Origin: a virus | Strand: one strand, 5' to 3' | Length of the DNA: 64,000 bases | Virus record (IMG/VR): IMGVR_UViG_3300022562_001969 | Coordinates: 1-64,000 of that record | Part shown: one piece after another, positions 1-9,734 of the stretch | Numbering within the stretch: position 1 is the stretch's first letter | Layout: each line of letters begins with the position of its first letter | Position numbers and translations under genes: made by a program | The notes under the pieces: generated by a model | Seen by the model: only the letters and a program-made list of their open reading frames with translations | What the model was told of the DNA's origin: nothing | Database searches by the model: none

Positions 1-651
1 CAGGGCGACCAGGTCGGCGCAACTCAAAGCGGCCTCATCCGGGACGGGTCGGACCAGCGGGGCCACCAATTGAGGCTCCTGCACGCTGGGCAGCGGCAGC
101 CCGATGCAATCCCCCATTTTCGACAGGAGCGGGCTGGGGTTGAGGGTATTGCCGATTAGCACCTGGCCGGTCACCTCATCGTTGCCCGCGTCCAGCCACC
201 AGAGGGGTTGGTTATGAATAATCGACTCCTCCATTTTATCCTCAATGGCCTCGCCAATCGTTCGTCTCGCCTCCGGGTTGTCCACGCAACCCACGACCAG
301 GGTCAAGCGGCCATTGGCGCTCCAATCCGGCCGATAATCAGCCAATAAGGCCGCCTCAAACCGGCCCACTATGGGCGTAATTTGCAGCCCAAAGGCCAGA
401 TTCAGGCGGGTGGCCAGGACCTGCGCCTTGGGGCGGCCCACATCGGCCGGGCAAAAATATTGGCGGCCAATATTCTTTTCTTCCACCTGGTCGAAATCGA
501 CGAAAAGCAGCCTGATTTTTAGCTGCGGATTGCTAACCGCAAACCTGGCCAGGTTGAGGGCGACAAAACTACCGGTGCCCCCACAACCGACCAGGATGAT
601 GACGATATTGTCCGGCCGGCCGATTTGAATTTTATGACGTTTTTGGATCAT
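1..651 (-). CDS. PRTRC system ThiF/E1-like adenylyltransferase (runs off the window start)
   Basis: Manual translation from ATG at 651: ILVGCGGTGS, DFDQVEEKNIGRQ, GRPKAQVLA, VGCVDN, WWLDAGN. ATGA overlap with the JAB gene stop. Confidence 0.9.
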   Translation of the reverse strand, partial: MIQKRHKIQIGRPDNIVIILVGCGGTGSFVALNLARFAVSNPQLKIRLLFVDFDQVEEKNIGRQYFCPADVGRPKAQVLATRLNLAFGLQITPIVGRFEAALLADYRPDWSANGRLTLVVGCVDNPEARRTIGEAIEDKMEESIIHNQPLWWLDAGNDEVTGQVLIGNTLNPSPLLSKMGDCIGLPLPSVQEPQLVAPLVRPVPDEAALSCADLVAL

Positions 652-1205
652 GCTTTCACCTCAAATAAAGCGTTTAAACTTACCCGTTGGTACGTCCCCC
701 ACACCCCCACCCGCAGGGCGATCTCCGGACGATCATAAATATGGCCGATCACCCCGTAGAAGCGGCAACCCTGCTCATCCCGGTCATCGGTGGCGCTGAA
801 AAAGGCCCCCATATTGTGATGGCTGTGCAGGTCCAGGATGATTGAGCGATCATCGCCCCCCTGGTAACAGACCCGGCCCGGCGTGGCCAGTTGGCGCGGC
901 AGACTGACCCGCCAGCGCGACCCCAGATAATGGAAGTGGTACATTTGCTCTACAACGACCCGCCGGGCGTGAGCCAGGACTTCATTAAGCCGTTCGATGG
1001 GGATTTTGGCTGTTAATAGGTGTGGCTGGTCGTCAAAATCCGGCAGACCGGCCACCCGGCAACGGACCAGTGGGGCAACCGCCCTAAAGTCAGGGGGACG
1101 CGCCCACTTGTAAAGGCCATTGCCGGCCAACACGTAGGCGTAATATTTCGGCTGCGGCAATGGTTGCCCCCGATAGATGTGATACTCAATTGGATCAGGC
1201 AACAT
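648..1205 (-). CDS. PRTRC system protein A, JAB/MPN metalloprotease
   Basis: E...HSHHNMGAFFSATDDRDE JAMM motif; operon context. Confidence 0.9.
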   Translation of the reverse strand: MLPDPIEYHIYRGQPLPQPKYYAYVLAGNGLYKWARPPDFRAVAPLVRCRVAGLPDFDDQPHLLTAKIPIERLNEVLAHARRVVVEQMYHFHYLGSRWRVSLPRQLATPGRVCYQGGDDRSIILDLHSHHNMGAFFSATDDRDEQGCRFYGVIGHIYDRPEIALRVGVWGTYQRVSLNALFEVKA

Positions 1206-1461
1206 CGTCCACCTCGCAGACAGGGCAGCGATCATAGCTGATATGGACCTCCGCCTCGCACTCCGGGCATAGCCAATAGAAATCTACCCGGTGTTTTTCG
1301 GCGGCGTCTGCCATCTCCAGTTCGAATAGCGCCCCCTGCCCCGCCTTTTGGCCAACACGGGATTTGGGCGCAAATGGTCTCAGGAAACCCCGTTGGGCGA
1401 CGCCACTAAAGAGGGGCAAATCTTCCCCGTTAGGAAACATACAAGCCTGAATATATTTCAC
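1195..1461 (-). CDS. small zinc-ribbon protein
   Basis: CPEC...CPVC; GTG start overlapping the upstream TGA. Confidence 0.55.
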   Translation of the reverse strand: MKYIQACMFPNGEDLPLFSGVAQRGFLRPFAPKSRVGQKAGQGALFELEMADAAEKHRVDFYWLCPECEAEVHISYDRCPVCEVDDVA

Positions 1462-2165
1462 CCAATCACCCCCTGCAGCGTGTGCCCCGCCTCGATCAGA
1501 TCGCCCAATGGGTAAACCGTCGCCCCCTTGTCCTGGAGAGTTTGCCACATCTCCAGGACATTTTCCGGGTGAGCGGCGCTCTTTTTGTTGGCCAGATGCC
1601 GGTTGAAGCCACTCTCAAAAAACATATGCAGCGCCTCCCAAATCGTGGCTGAACTGGCGGCCGGAAACGGGGCGTTACCGCCGCAGATCAGGCCGCCCAC
1701 GTCCACATTGGGCGACGGGAAGCGGTATAAAATCGTCTCGGCCCCCGGCGGCTGATCCTGAACCGCAAAAATTTTGTAATCCGTCCCCTGGCCCACAAAA
1801 ACCACGCCGGGCAAGGGAATATGCCAGGTCTTTTTATGGCCGTGGACCGCCACCGGCCAGACCTGCGGCTCGACATAGATCGCCAGCCGTTCAAGCCCAT
1901 CCTTGCGGCCCCAGCATAAACAGCCGGGGGGCAGCAGCCCGCTATGGGCCGTCAGGCCGTTCAGGGCCTGGGCCAGGTCGGTCGGATCAACCGCAAAAAC
2001 GGCCTCCGCCTGGGCCGCCTCGCCGAACTTGGTCGCCAGGATCAGATCGTCATACAAGTCCAGGCGCATCCGCAGCCGGGCGTAATTCTCCGGGTCCAGG
2101 TCCAGGGTGGGGAAAATCAGGTTAGGGGTGGTATAGCTCGCTCTTGTCTCAGTCATCGTCGTCAT
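1458..2165 (-). CDS. PRTRC system protein B, prokaryotic E2 family
   Basis: IPLPGVVF and FPSPNVDVGGLICGGN with a candidate catalytic Cys; context. Confidence 0.85.
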   Translation of the reverse strand: MTTMTETRASYTTPNLIFPTLDLDPENYARLRMRLDLYDDLILATKFGEAAQAEAVFAVDPTDLAQALNGLTAHSGLLPPGCLCWGRKDGLERLAIYVEPQVWPVAVHGHKKTWHIPLPGVVFVGQGTDYKIFAVQDQPPGAETILYRFPSPNVDVGGLICGGNAPFPAASSATIWEALHMFFESGFNRHLANKKSAAHPENVLEMWQTLQDKGATVYPLGDLIEAGHTLQGVIG

Positions 2166-3021
2166 CGCCTCCATCACAGCCAATGATGGCCCAGGCCATC
2201 TCAATGTAGTTGTTGGAATTTTCGTTCAGCCATTGAACCAGCAGCTCCAACTTTTCAACCACTGGCTTGGCTTGTTGCCAATGCTGCCGCAGTAAATTCA
2301 GGTCCTGGTCCCACCTGAACTCGTGAGACCAGGATTCGAATAGATCTTGCGAGGTGTCCAGAATGATATTGCCGGTGTCCCTGGTGGCCACCCCGGCGAT
2401 CTCCGGCAGCCAGCACAGTGGCTCCGGGAAGTGGCTAAAGTCTTCGCTGCGCAGGCGTTCCCGCAGCTGCTCTTTGCTGATTTCAGCCAGATTATCATAT
2501 AACTCAATATCCTCCAGATAGTCAACGGTCAGCGGAATATCATCGTGCAGCAGCCCGGCCAGGATGTGCAAGCCGGGGTAATTCTCAAGGTCCCACTCGT
2601 TGAGGCCATAGCACCGGACCGGGATGCCGGTCAGATATTCAGCCAATTCAAATTCGTAATCGTCGCCATTCATATACGCTTCCCAAAGGTAGTCCAGTAC
2701 ACCATAGCTGCGATATGTTTTTCGCTCAGTCTCCCAATCAATGTGGAACCAATCCGCCTTTTCGACCAGACCGAAAAAATGAGATTGAATACTGATCCAA
2801 TCGGTCCTATCAAAGTTGAGATTCGCCCCCTCCTCCGGGAAATGGGTCTCAATCAGTTGGATGGCTTCCGCCTTCCAACCCCACTCGCGCAGTTGGGCGG
2901 CAATCACCTCTAATCTGAGCGGCCGGAAGCGCTGCAACACCTGCAGCCGGGGCAACCGGGCCGGCCAGGCTAAAAGCCGTCCGGTGTCGTTCGCGTTGGT
3001 ATAGCTCGCAGTTGCAAACAT
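2149..3021 (-). CDS. acidic hypothetical protein in the position of PRTRC protein F
   Basis: 290 aa ORF between Ubl and E2 genes; assignment by position only. Confidence 0.55.
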   Translation of the reverse strand: MFATASYTNANDTGRLLAWPARLPRLQVLQRFRPLRLEVIAAQLREWGWKAEAIQLIETHFPEEGANLNFDRTDWISIQSHFFGLVEKADWFHIDWETERKTYRSYGVLDYLWEAYMNGDDYEFELAEYLTGIPVRCYGLNEWDLENYPGLHILAGLLHDDIPLTVDYLEDIELYDNLAEISKEQLRERLRSEDFSHFPEPLCWLPEIAGVATRDTGNIILDTSQDLFESWSHEFRWDQDLNLLRQHWQQAKPVVEKLELLVQWLNENSNNYIEMAWAIIGCDGGDDDDD

Positions 3022-3398
3022 CGGGTCACCACCTTTTCAGATTCTCGGCTGATCCGCTCCGCTTCCGGGATAGCCGCTTCAATATCGGCGGCCAGGCGCA
3101 ATAAATTCTCTGTGCCGCTATCGGCCGCTATCGCCTGTAGCAATTCAACCGCCGCAATTTGCGCCGGCTCAAGGGTCAGCAGGGCCTCGACCACCGGGGC
3201 GCTGCCCTTCGTCCCCACTTTTTTGGCGAAAATGACCTTGCGGGGGGTATCCCCCTGGGCCGGGATCACCGTATAGGTGGCCTGGGCCAATTCGCCAAAG
3301 TGCTGGCTGTAGTGGGCCTGAATCTCCTCGATGGTATAGGCCCCGCCCTCGTCCTTAAATAGTTCCTCGTTATTGTACTCATACACGGTCGCTGTCAT
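2970..3398 (-). CDS. PRTRC system protein C (prokaryotic ubiquitin-like) with a C-terminal extension
   Basis: 65 aa Ubl-like part ending FAKKVGTKG, then 77 more residues; GGAGG RBS. Confidence 0.8.
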   Translation of the reverse strand: MTATVYEYNNEELFKDEGGAYTIEEIQAHYSQHFGELAQATYTVIPAQGDTPRKVIFAKKVGTKGSAPVVEALLTLEPAQIAAVELLQAIAADSGTENLLRLAADIEAAIPEAERISRESEKVVTRCLQLRAIPTRTTPDGF

Positions 3399-4599
3399 GG
3401 TCATTACCTCCAAAATGCTCAATAACAATCGTTTCAATCGCCTGTTGTAGCAGGCCATAGGTTGTTTGTCGCGTCACCAGTTGGCCCGCGGCTCCGGTGG
3501 TCAGCATCACCGGGCAGGCGGCCGGCGTGGTGGCGTGTTTGATGGTCAGGCTGATCTGTAGGTCGGCCGGCCGGGCCGGGGCTTGTGGTGTAGCCGGGGG
3601 TGGCGGTGGGGGTGGGGCCAATTTTGCCGGTGGAGGGGGCGGCGGGGGTGGGGCCAATTTTGCCGGTGGAGGGGGCGGCGGGGGCAACGGGGACGCCTCG
3701 TCAGGGGGCGCTACCGCTTCCCCTCCGGCGTTCAGCCATTGCGGTTCGTCAGCCGCGGTTGATGTTCGCGCGCGAACATCGGGCGGGGGGGGTGGAGGGG
3801 GAGCCGCTTCCGGTTGCCGCGCCCCGGCCGCCGCCTCGCGTTCAGCCCGCTCGCGCTTGGCCCGCTCATCCGCCTCCCAGCGCCGCAGTTTGGCCGCCTC
3901 TATTTTCCCCTTGATCTTCTCCACCAATTTACGGATTTGATCGCTGGTCAAATCGCCGCCGGCGAGCAACCTTTCCTGAATCGCCGCCGGGGTGGGGCAA
4001 TCCAGGGGCGAATCCGGGCTAAAATCGGGGCTGTCAGACAGGCTGGCTATAGCCAAATCCGCCGCCGAAATCTCCAGCGCCGGTAATAGCTCCATCCCTT
4101 GCCGCTCGCTAATCCGGCCCTGGTCAATGGCCTCAAGGACCCCTGCCGGCAATCTGAGTAAGCGTAATTTGTTGGAGATTGAGCTGCGCCCCATCTGGCG
4201 TAGCCTGGCCAGTTGCTCCTGGGTCAGCTGGCGGCTTTCCATCGTCCGCTGCAACGCCCGCGCCTGCTCGACCGGCGATAAATCGGAGCGGTCCTTATTC
4301 TCATCCCAGGCGATATCATCCATCGCCTGGTCATCCAGCGCGAGCAGGTTGACCGGGAAATACCCGTACTCCCCATCCCCCTCAGCCAGCTGGCGAAAGG
4401 CCCGCAGTCGCCGGTGGCCCTCCGCCAGTTGGATGCGGCCATTAACCCGCCGGCCGGTGGGGACGTGGATCAAGCCCTTTGTGGCCGGCAGGGTGGGCCG
4501 CATGGCCGCAATTTTATCCGCCAATTCGACAATGCCCTCATACCGCTGCCGGGGTTGGTAGGGGTTGTCATCAATTTCATCTAGCCGTATGTAGTCCAT
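3379..4599 (-). CDS. parB: ParB/Spo0J family partition protein with Pro-rich linker
   Basis: NPYQPRQ, AEGHRRLRAF, ENKDRSDLSPVEQA, HTH LTQEQLA...SSISNKLRLL. Confidence 0.9.
   Translation of the reverse strand: MDYIRLDEIDDNPYQPRQRYEGIVELADKIAAMRPTLPATKGLIHVPTGRRVNGRIQLAEGHRRLRAFRQLAEGDGEYGYFPVNLLALDDQAMDDIAWDENKDRSDLSPVEQARALQRTMESRQLTQEQLARLRQMGRSSISNKLRLLRLPAGVLEAIDQGRISERQGMELLPALEISAADLAIASLSDSPDFSPDSPLDCPTPAAIQERLLAGGDLTSDQIRKLVEKIKGKIEAAKLRRWEADERAKRERAEREAAAGARQPEAAPPPPPPPDVRARTSTAADEPQWLNAGGEAVAPPDEASPLPPPPPPPAKLAPPPPPPPPAKLAPPPPPPPATPQAPARPADLQISLTIKHATTPAACPVMLTTGAAGQLVTRQTTYGLLQQAIETIVIEHFGGNDHDSDRV
3763..3778. promoter_or_regulatory. parS-like 16-bp palindrome TGTTCGCGCGCGAACA, copy 1 (inside parB)
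   Basis: Six near-identical copies in the window. Confidence 0.6.
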
Positions 4600-4967
4600 T
4601 ATGCCTCCTGAAAAATAACTTGCTTGATTATCCGCTGGCGACGGTATCGCCCGGGCGCGTCGAAAATCAACTCGCTCCGCAAATACCCTCGCCGGCAATA
4701 TGAATCCAATGTCGCTTTGCTAATGCCCGATTCGCCGGCCACGGCCTTAACCGTAGGTGTTTCCAGCCTCTCGACCGCCGCCTCGATTTTGAGGAGGCGC
4801 TCGTATCGACGCTGATCAAAGTCCACCTGGGGCCGGGCCCCGTCGATGGGGCAAACGTCCTCCGGTCTGGCCTCCGGCATATGGACACATTCCCACAGCG
4901 GACACGCCAGACAAATATCACGGCCCTGGGGGGCCACGGTATAATAAGTTTTTTCAATATCAGCCAT
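4599..4967 (-). CDS. Cys-rich N-terminus plus HTH protein
   Basis: CLACPLWEC..C; TVKAVAGESGISKATL HTH-like segment. Confidence 0.55.
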   Translation of the reverse strand: MADIEKTYYTVAPQGRDICLACPLWECVHMPEARPEDVCPIDGARPQVDFDQRRYERLLKIEAAVERLETPTVKAVAGESGISKATLDSYCRRGYLRSELIFDAPGRYRRQRIIKQVIFQEA

Positions 4968-5382
4968 AGTCCGCCCCCTTTATCCGGCCACGCTCCTCGG
5001 TCAAGCCGGTGGTTCCCAACCAGGGGTCCCACTTAAATAGGCCGTAGTGGCCAACTGCCCCGGCCACCAGATCGGCCACCCCATCACAAGCCATATTGGC
5101 CAACCGCCAGCGCGATCTGAAAGCCCGGCCCCGGCTGGCCGCTTCCGGCGGCTCATGGTAATGGCGGCCGGCAATGGCTTCGTACAGGCTCTGCGCCAGA
5201 TCTCCGCCGATTGCCACCGCGCCCGGATGGCTGTCCAATAACGGCTGGCGCAGGTGGGGATGGTCAAAAGCGACCTGGACGACCCGATAGCTGGCCGGGT
5301 CGATCAGGAGGATGACGTTTTCGGTGTCTATTGTCCGGATATGGGTGGTCGGGCCGGTTGAAAATCTGGTTTGAGCCGTCAT
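4960..5382 (-). CDS. hypothetical protein
   Basis: ORF tightly coupled to neighbours. Confidence 0.6.
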   Translation of the reverse strand: MTAQTRFSTGPTTHIRTIDTENVILLIDPASYRVVQVAFDHPHLRQPLLDSHPGAVAIGGDLAQSLYEAIAGRHYHEPPEAASRGRAFRSRWRLANMACDGVADLVAGAVGHYGLFKWDPWLGTTGLTEERGRIKGADYG

Positions 5383-5780
5383 TAGAAGTCAACCTCCTCA
5401 TAATTGGCCGCCCGGCGGCGCTCATCCACGATCCGGGCCACCTGCTTCTCTACCTCGGCCAGGGCCTCCAGCCGCTCGGCCTCGGCGATCAGGCGATGGA
5501 CCCAGGGGCCATATTTGAAGACGCTGATGAAATGGCCGTAGTTGGTCGCCCGGTAGAGGGTATTTTCCTCAGTGGCCATATTCGAGCCGTCATCAATGCT
5601 GACCACCGCGCTATTGGTCCCCGCGCCAAAGGTGGCGCTGATATGGAGCTTTTCAAATCGGGCGTAATAGTTGATGTGGTTGCTATGGTTATAATAGCGT
5701 TCTTTGGCCACCGTTCTGACCGCCTGGTCGATGTTTAATTCTCTGGCCCGGTGGATGGCCAGTCTTTGTTGCTCGTCCAT
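5382..5780 (-). CDS. hypothetical protein
   Basis: ORF with RBS, coupled to neighbour. Confidence 0.6.
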   Translation of the reverse strand: MDEQQRLAIHRARELNIDQAVRTVAKERYYNHSNHINYYARFEKLHISATFGAGTNSAVVSIDDGSNMATEENTLYRATNYGHFISVFKYGPWVHRLIAEAERLEALAEVEKQVARIVDERRRAANYEEVDF

Positions 5781-5852
5781 TAGGTTGCCCCTTTCGATAG
5801 TCTCAATTTCTTTGCCCCGGCCAGAGCGCCGGGGCCTCTTTATATTACTGAG

Positions 5853-6959
5853 TTAAGCGGCGACTTTGAGGCCGCCATTCATTGCCTTTTCCAGGGTCCG
5901 CCAGGCGTTAACCTGGTCTGTGTCATTGCGTAACTTCGTGGCGGTAACGTGGTCGATCTGGCCGTTCCTGATCGCCTCGCTTACGTTGGCCTGAAATAAT
6001 CGTCGCGCTTCCTCGTTGCTCATGGTCTGCGCGGCGACGGCTACGACCTGGGCCTGGCTCATCGGCGACGCCGGGGGCGCTGGGGGTGTAGCCCGTCGTT
6101 GATCGTGATCCGCAAATGTCTGAGTATTGTCGGTCCACATCCGTTGTTCTTCGGAGCTGATCGGGGCCGGGCCGCTGGGCGGCTGTGGGTTCCGGGGCGG
6201 AGCCGGGTTGTTGTCCCCGCCGCCGTTGGCCAGCGATTCCCGCCAGGCGCGGGCCTCGTCCCAACCGGCGCTCAGGATATGTTGGTAGAGATAATCCGGG
6301 ATAGCCAGCTCTCGCAGGATGTCTATTTGCGTCTGGGGATCAAGGTCCCCTATGGCCACATCCCAGTAGGGCGTAGGCGGAGCTATAGTGTAGGGTGTTG
6401 CGGCGTCAGGAAAAAAGACACGGCCATTACTGCCTATGACAGCATAGTAAAAATAGTGCGGGCAACGTAACCCGCTCAGTTTGTCGGCCGTGGTCAGGAC
6501 CTGGCTGCGGAAATCTCGCAGCACATTCTTAAAACCCTGGGCCACCCTCGATTTTACGCTGAGGACAACCGGCGTTAGCCGGGCCGATTGTTCGATTTCG
6601 GCGGCGTAGCAAAAATAGAGGGTGCGGCTCCGAAAGCCCTCGTCAAAAAGGGGGGTGGCTGACCATTCGGTATTGTCGCCATTTTCCCGGTAGTAGGATG
6701 TATGGCTCTGCACTATGGCCAGATTCATTACCGGTAGCAAGTAGCCAGGTTCTATTACCGTCCCGTTGCGGTGCGGAATTTCCAAAATTTCACCACTGAT
6801 TAAATTTCTAAACTGGCTCAACGGCAATTCAAAGCCGCCGCTGGCCAGGACGCCGGTCGCGCCGGTATAGCCATTGTTCCATTGGAGGGTGGGGTATTCA
6901 TAGCTATTTTCAATGTGATCTTCAGGGGCTTGTCGATTCAAGAAATCATTATTGGTCAT
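5853..6959 (-). CDS. hypothetical phage protein, possibly ssDNA-binding or recombination
   Basis: 368 aa, GGAG RBS, globular N-terminus with Pro/Gln-rich tail; function is a guess. Confidence 0.55.
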   Translation of the reverse strand: MTNNDFLNRQAPEDHIENSYEYPTLQWNNGYTGATGVLASGGFELPLSQFRNLISGEILEIPHRNGTVIEPGYLLPVMNLAIVQSHTSYYRENGDNTEWSATPLFDEGFRSRTLYFCYAAEIEQSARLTPVVLSVKSRVAQGFKNVLRDFRSQVLTTADKLSGLRCPHYFYYAVIGSNGRVFFPDAATPYTIAPPTPYWDVAIGDLDPQTQIDILRELAIPDYLYQHILSAGWDEARAWRESLANGGGDNNPAPPRNPQPPSGPAPISSEEQRMWTDNTQTFADHDQRRATPPAPPASPMSQAQVVAVAAQTMSNEEARRLFQANVSEAIRNGQIDHVTATKLRNDTDQVNAWRTLEKAMNGGLKVAA

Positions 6960-7186
6960 TGTTTAATCTCCATTATTAACCGCACCCCTGGCCGCTATAC
7001 CAGGGCGTAGGCGGCCATAGGGTTAAAAAATTGCGTTTAATTCGGTTACGCTGTCTTGCCACGAGTTCGGTAACGGTGGGGCGGTGAGCGCCGCCCGGAT
7101 CTCCGCCCGGCTCATAGAGAGGAAGCGGCCCAGCAAGCCGGCTTCCCGCGAGATGATGTTGCGCCAGCGACGGAGACGACCCAACA

Positions 7187-7666
7187 TTAAACCACCTCCG
7201 CCATAAAATCGTCGGCCAGGCCCTCAGCCCCCCATTCAGCCCAATCCGTTTCTACTTCAGCGGTCTCGGCCTCGCGGCGGAAATTGGCCAAAATCTCATC
7301 ATCCAGGCGACGCTTGATCTCGGCCGGGCGCAGGCCGTAAGGAAACAGAACCTCTTCATCCTGCCAACGAGCCACCAGGCCAATCCGGCCGGGCGCTATC
7401 TGCCAGACCGGGCAATTGGGGACGCCGGGCCAGGTGTAGCTGTAGCTGCTCGTGGTCTCCTCGGTGAAGCCCAGGTCTGTCAGGGTCTGTTCGCGAAACG
7501 CGGCCCAGTCGCGGGACCGTGGTTGGCCGGTTCCCCCGTCCTTTTTATTGCCGCGCCGCCGGGGGGCGTTTGTCTTGACTTCCAAGTAATTGGTCATTAT
7601 AATATCCTTGTCCTTTCGCCCCGTGTGGGGCATAAGCATAAAATGGGGGACCTCGGAACTTTCCAC
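7187..7666 (-). CDS. hypothetical protein (true start probably MTNYL)
   Basis: ORF in the early leftward cluster. Confidence 0.55.
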   Translation of the reverse strand: MESSEVPHFMLMPHTGRKDKDIIMTNYLEVKTNAPRRRGNKKDGGTGQPRSRDWAAFREQTLTDLGFTEETTSSYSYTWPGVPNCPVWQIAPGRIGLVARWQDEEVLFPYGLRPAEIKRRLDDEILANFRREAETAEVETDWAEWGAEGLADDFMAEVV

Positions 7667-7688
7667 GGCTACGAGGTCCCTCGTCTAT

Positions 7689-8159
7689 TTAGAACACCCT
7701 GGTCCAAACTGGTTCAATATCCGCGTTCGGGAAAAGACGCTTCAACAAAGAGCGCCAGGCAACGGCGTCGCTGTATGATACGTTGGCTTTCAGGGGCTGG
7801 CCGTCAATGACCAGGGTGACGCCTTCGGCGTCAAAGATTATGGGTTGGTCGTTTTTGGCTCGAATCCATTGTTGGAATGCCGGGTCCAGGGCGGGTATAA
7901 TGTGGCAGGGCTGGCAATAACCATCATCAGTCAGGCCACCCTCGCAATCGGGACAAATGCCATTATTTATTTTCTCGAAACGATTGATTTTTTGACTGCG
8001 GAGTTCCTTGTACCAATTTTGTTGGCATACACAATCTAAATAACCGCAGGCGACGCAAACATAGGGGCGACCGGAGTCGGCTTCGGTCTGGTCTTCGTCG
8101 CGCTCGGCGGCCTGTTCGCGTTCAAGATAAATCCGATCTAGTTCTGCTTCTGTTAACAT
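7689..8159 (-). CDS. Cys-rich (zinc finger) hypothetical protein
   Basis: CVAC, CVC, CPDC, CQPC; AGGAG RBS. Confidence 0.6.
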   Translation of the reverse strand: MLTEAELDRIYLEREQAAERDEDQTEADSGRPYVCVACGYLDCVCQQNWYKELRSQKINRFEKINNGICPDCEGGLTDDGYCQPCHIIPALDPAFQQWIRAKNDQPIIFDAEGVTLVIDGQPLKANVSYSDAVAWRSLLKRLFPNADIEPVWTRVF

Positions 8160-8187
8160 TGTTTTTGCTCCTTAAACTTATTGAAAA

Positions 8188-8445
8188 TTATTGGGCGACG
8201 TAGGCTTTTAGCGCGTCCCACGCCTTAAAATGAAAATCACCCGGATCACCACACGGCCGGTTTTTACCGCGTGTGTTCTCAGGGTGATACCACCAGCCCC
8301 AGGAATAAGGGGGTCTGGTCAAGTTGCTATTATCTGGCTGAAATTTCCAGCCAATAGAAAAAAGATGCGCTACCGTCGCATGTAGATGATCTGCGGTCGG
8401 GTTGATTGTTCTTAATTCTCTGGCTGTCATTTCTGATATGGGCAT
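8188..8445 (-). CDS. hypothetical protein
   Basis: AAGGA RBS; first gene after the leftward promoter. Confidence 0.55.
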   Translation of the reverse strand: MPISEMTARELRTINPTADHLHATVAHLFSIGWKFQPDNSNLTRPPYSWGWWYHPENTRGKNRPCGDPGDFHFKAWDALKAYVAQ

Positions 8446-8469
8446 TTTTAGTTCCTTTAAGTCAATTGT

Positions 8470-8572
8470 TTAATTACAGTATGGTATTACAACACTGTAA
8501 GAGTATTGTATCATAACTCGAAAAAAAATGCAATACCCAATTTTCATATTTGTATTACAATTTTGTAATAAG
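8470..8572 (-). promoter_or_regulatory. leftward sigma70 promoter with TATTAC/GTAATA operator-like repeats
   Basis: TTGCAT...TGaTACAAT on the minus strand; palindrome TATTACAA-TT-TTGTAATA near 8553-8570. Confidence 0.5.
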
Positions 8573-8670
8573 TTTGGGGAATAAAAAAAGCCCTGGCTAA
8601 AACCAGGGCTTATCCAGACCTAAAGGTTTAAAAACCGGTCAGGTTTGTTAGCTCGCTACGCCGCCGCGTA

Positions 8671-9048
8671 TTACTCGTATTTCGGCAACATCTCAAGCGG
8701 ATCACGGCCGGTTATCCGGCCAAGAGCCGTTTCCCACTCTTCACTACAAAGGGTGTTGTCCATGGCCTCAACGGCCTGGACCAGGGCGCCATCCAGGTCC
8801 AGGAGAGCAATAATGTCTACCGCTCCGCTCGCGTCTCGTTTGGGGTTGGCGGCGAAATCGGTCAAGGCCGTAATGGCCTCGGCTAAACGCCCCAGACCGG
8901 GCAAGTCCACCCCGGGGGCTGCTTCTGTCTCCGGCGCAGCTTCGGGCGACAGGAGCGCCGCCGCCAGCAGGCCAGTGGCCGCCAAAAAACGACGACGGCT
9001 TATTTTGTTGATTAAGTTGGAGAATGTTAAAATAGTTTCAGTCTTCAT
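8671..9048 (-). CDS. small acidic protein with twin-arginine-like N-terminus (paralog of 37336-37728)
   Basis: SRRRFLAATGLLAA; GGGAGG RBS; strong similarity to the 37.3 kb gene. Confidence 0.75.
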   Translation of the reverse strand: MKTETILTFSNLINKISRRRFLAATGLLAAALLSPEAAPETEAAPGVDLPGLGRLAEAITALTDFAANPKRDASGAVDIIALLDLDGALVQAVEAMDNTLCSEEWETALGRITGRDPLEMLPKYE

Positions 9049-9159
9049 CAGTACCTCCCGTACTGTTGTGGATTAGAGCCGGTTTGATGGTTTCAACATC
9101 AGGCCGGCTCGTTCGTTTAAAGTTGACCGCATTATATACCCGAAGTCAGGACAGGTCAA
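9049..9159 (-). promoter_or_regulatory. repeated promoter/leader cassette, copy 1
   Basis: TTGACC-17-TATAAT, downstream GGTCAA inverted repeat, GC hairpin, RBS. Confidence 0.75.
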
Positions 9160-9284
9160 ATTCGCGTCAGATTTTTTTACAACGCTTGCGCCGGCGCACA
9201 TTGCCCTCCCCCAAACTTATGCTAAAATAAACATAACCCAAAACAAAAAGGCGCCCCACCTTAGTAATAGCTGATTCTGCAACT

Positions 9285-9734
9285 GTGGGAATAACCCGCG
9301 AGGACGACTATTTCTTCGGCGTTCTCCACTCAAAACTCCACGAACTTTGGGCGCTTCGCCAAGGCACATCCCTCGAAGACCGCCCCCGCTACACCCCCAC
9401 CACCACCTTCGAAACCTTCCCCTTCCCCTGGCCCCCCGGCCAGGAACCAGCCGGCCACCCCCACGTCCAGGCCATCGCCCAGGCCGCCCAGGAGTTGGTC
9501 GAAAAACGCGACCGCTGGCTCAACCCGGCCGGGATCAGCCAAAAGGACCTCAACAAACGCACTCTGACCAACCTCTACAACCAGCGCCCCACCTGGCTCG
9601 ACCTGGCCCACCAAACCCTCGACCGGGCGGTCTTTGACGCCTACGGCTGGCCCCACGATTTGAGCGATGAGGCGATTTTGGAACGACTGCTGGCCTTGAA
9701 TTTGGAGCGGGCCAAAACCCAACAAACCGGCTAA
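9285..9734 (+). pseudogene. C-terminal fragment of an MmeI-like (type IIL/IIG) restriction-modification enzyme
   Basis: RYTPTTTFETFPFP and TLTNLYNQRPTWLDLAHQTLDRAVFDAYGW; no MTase or nuclease domain upstream. Confidence 0.75.
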
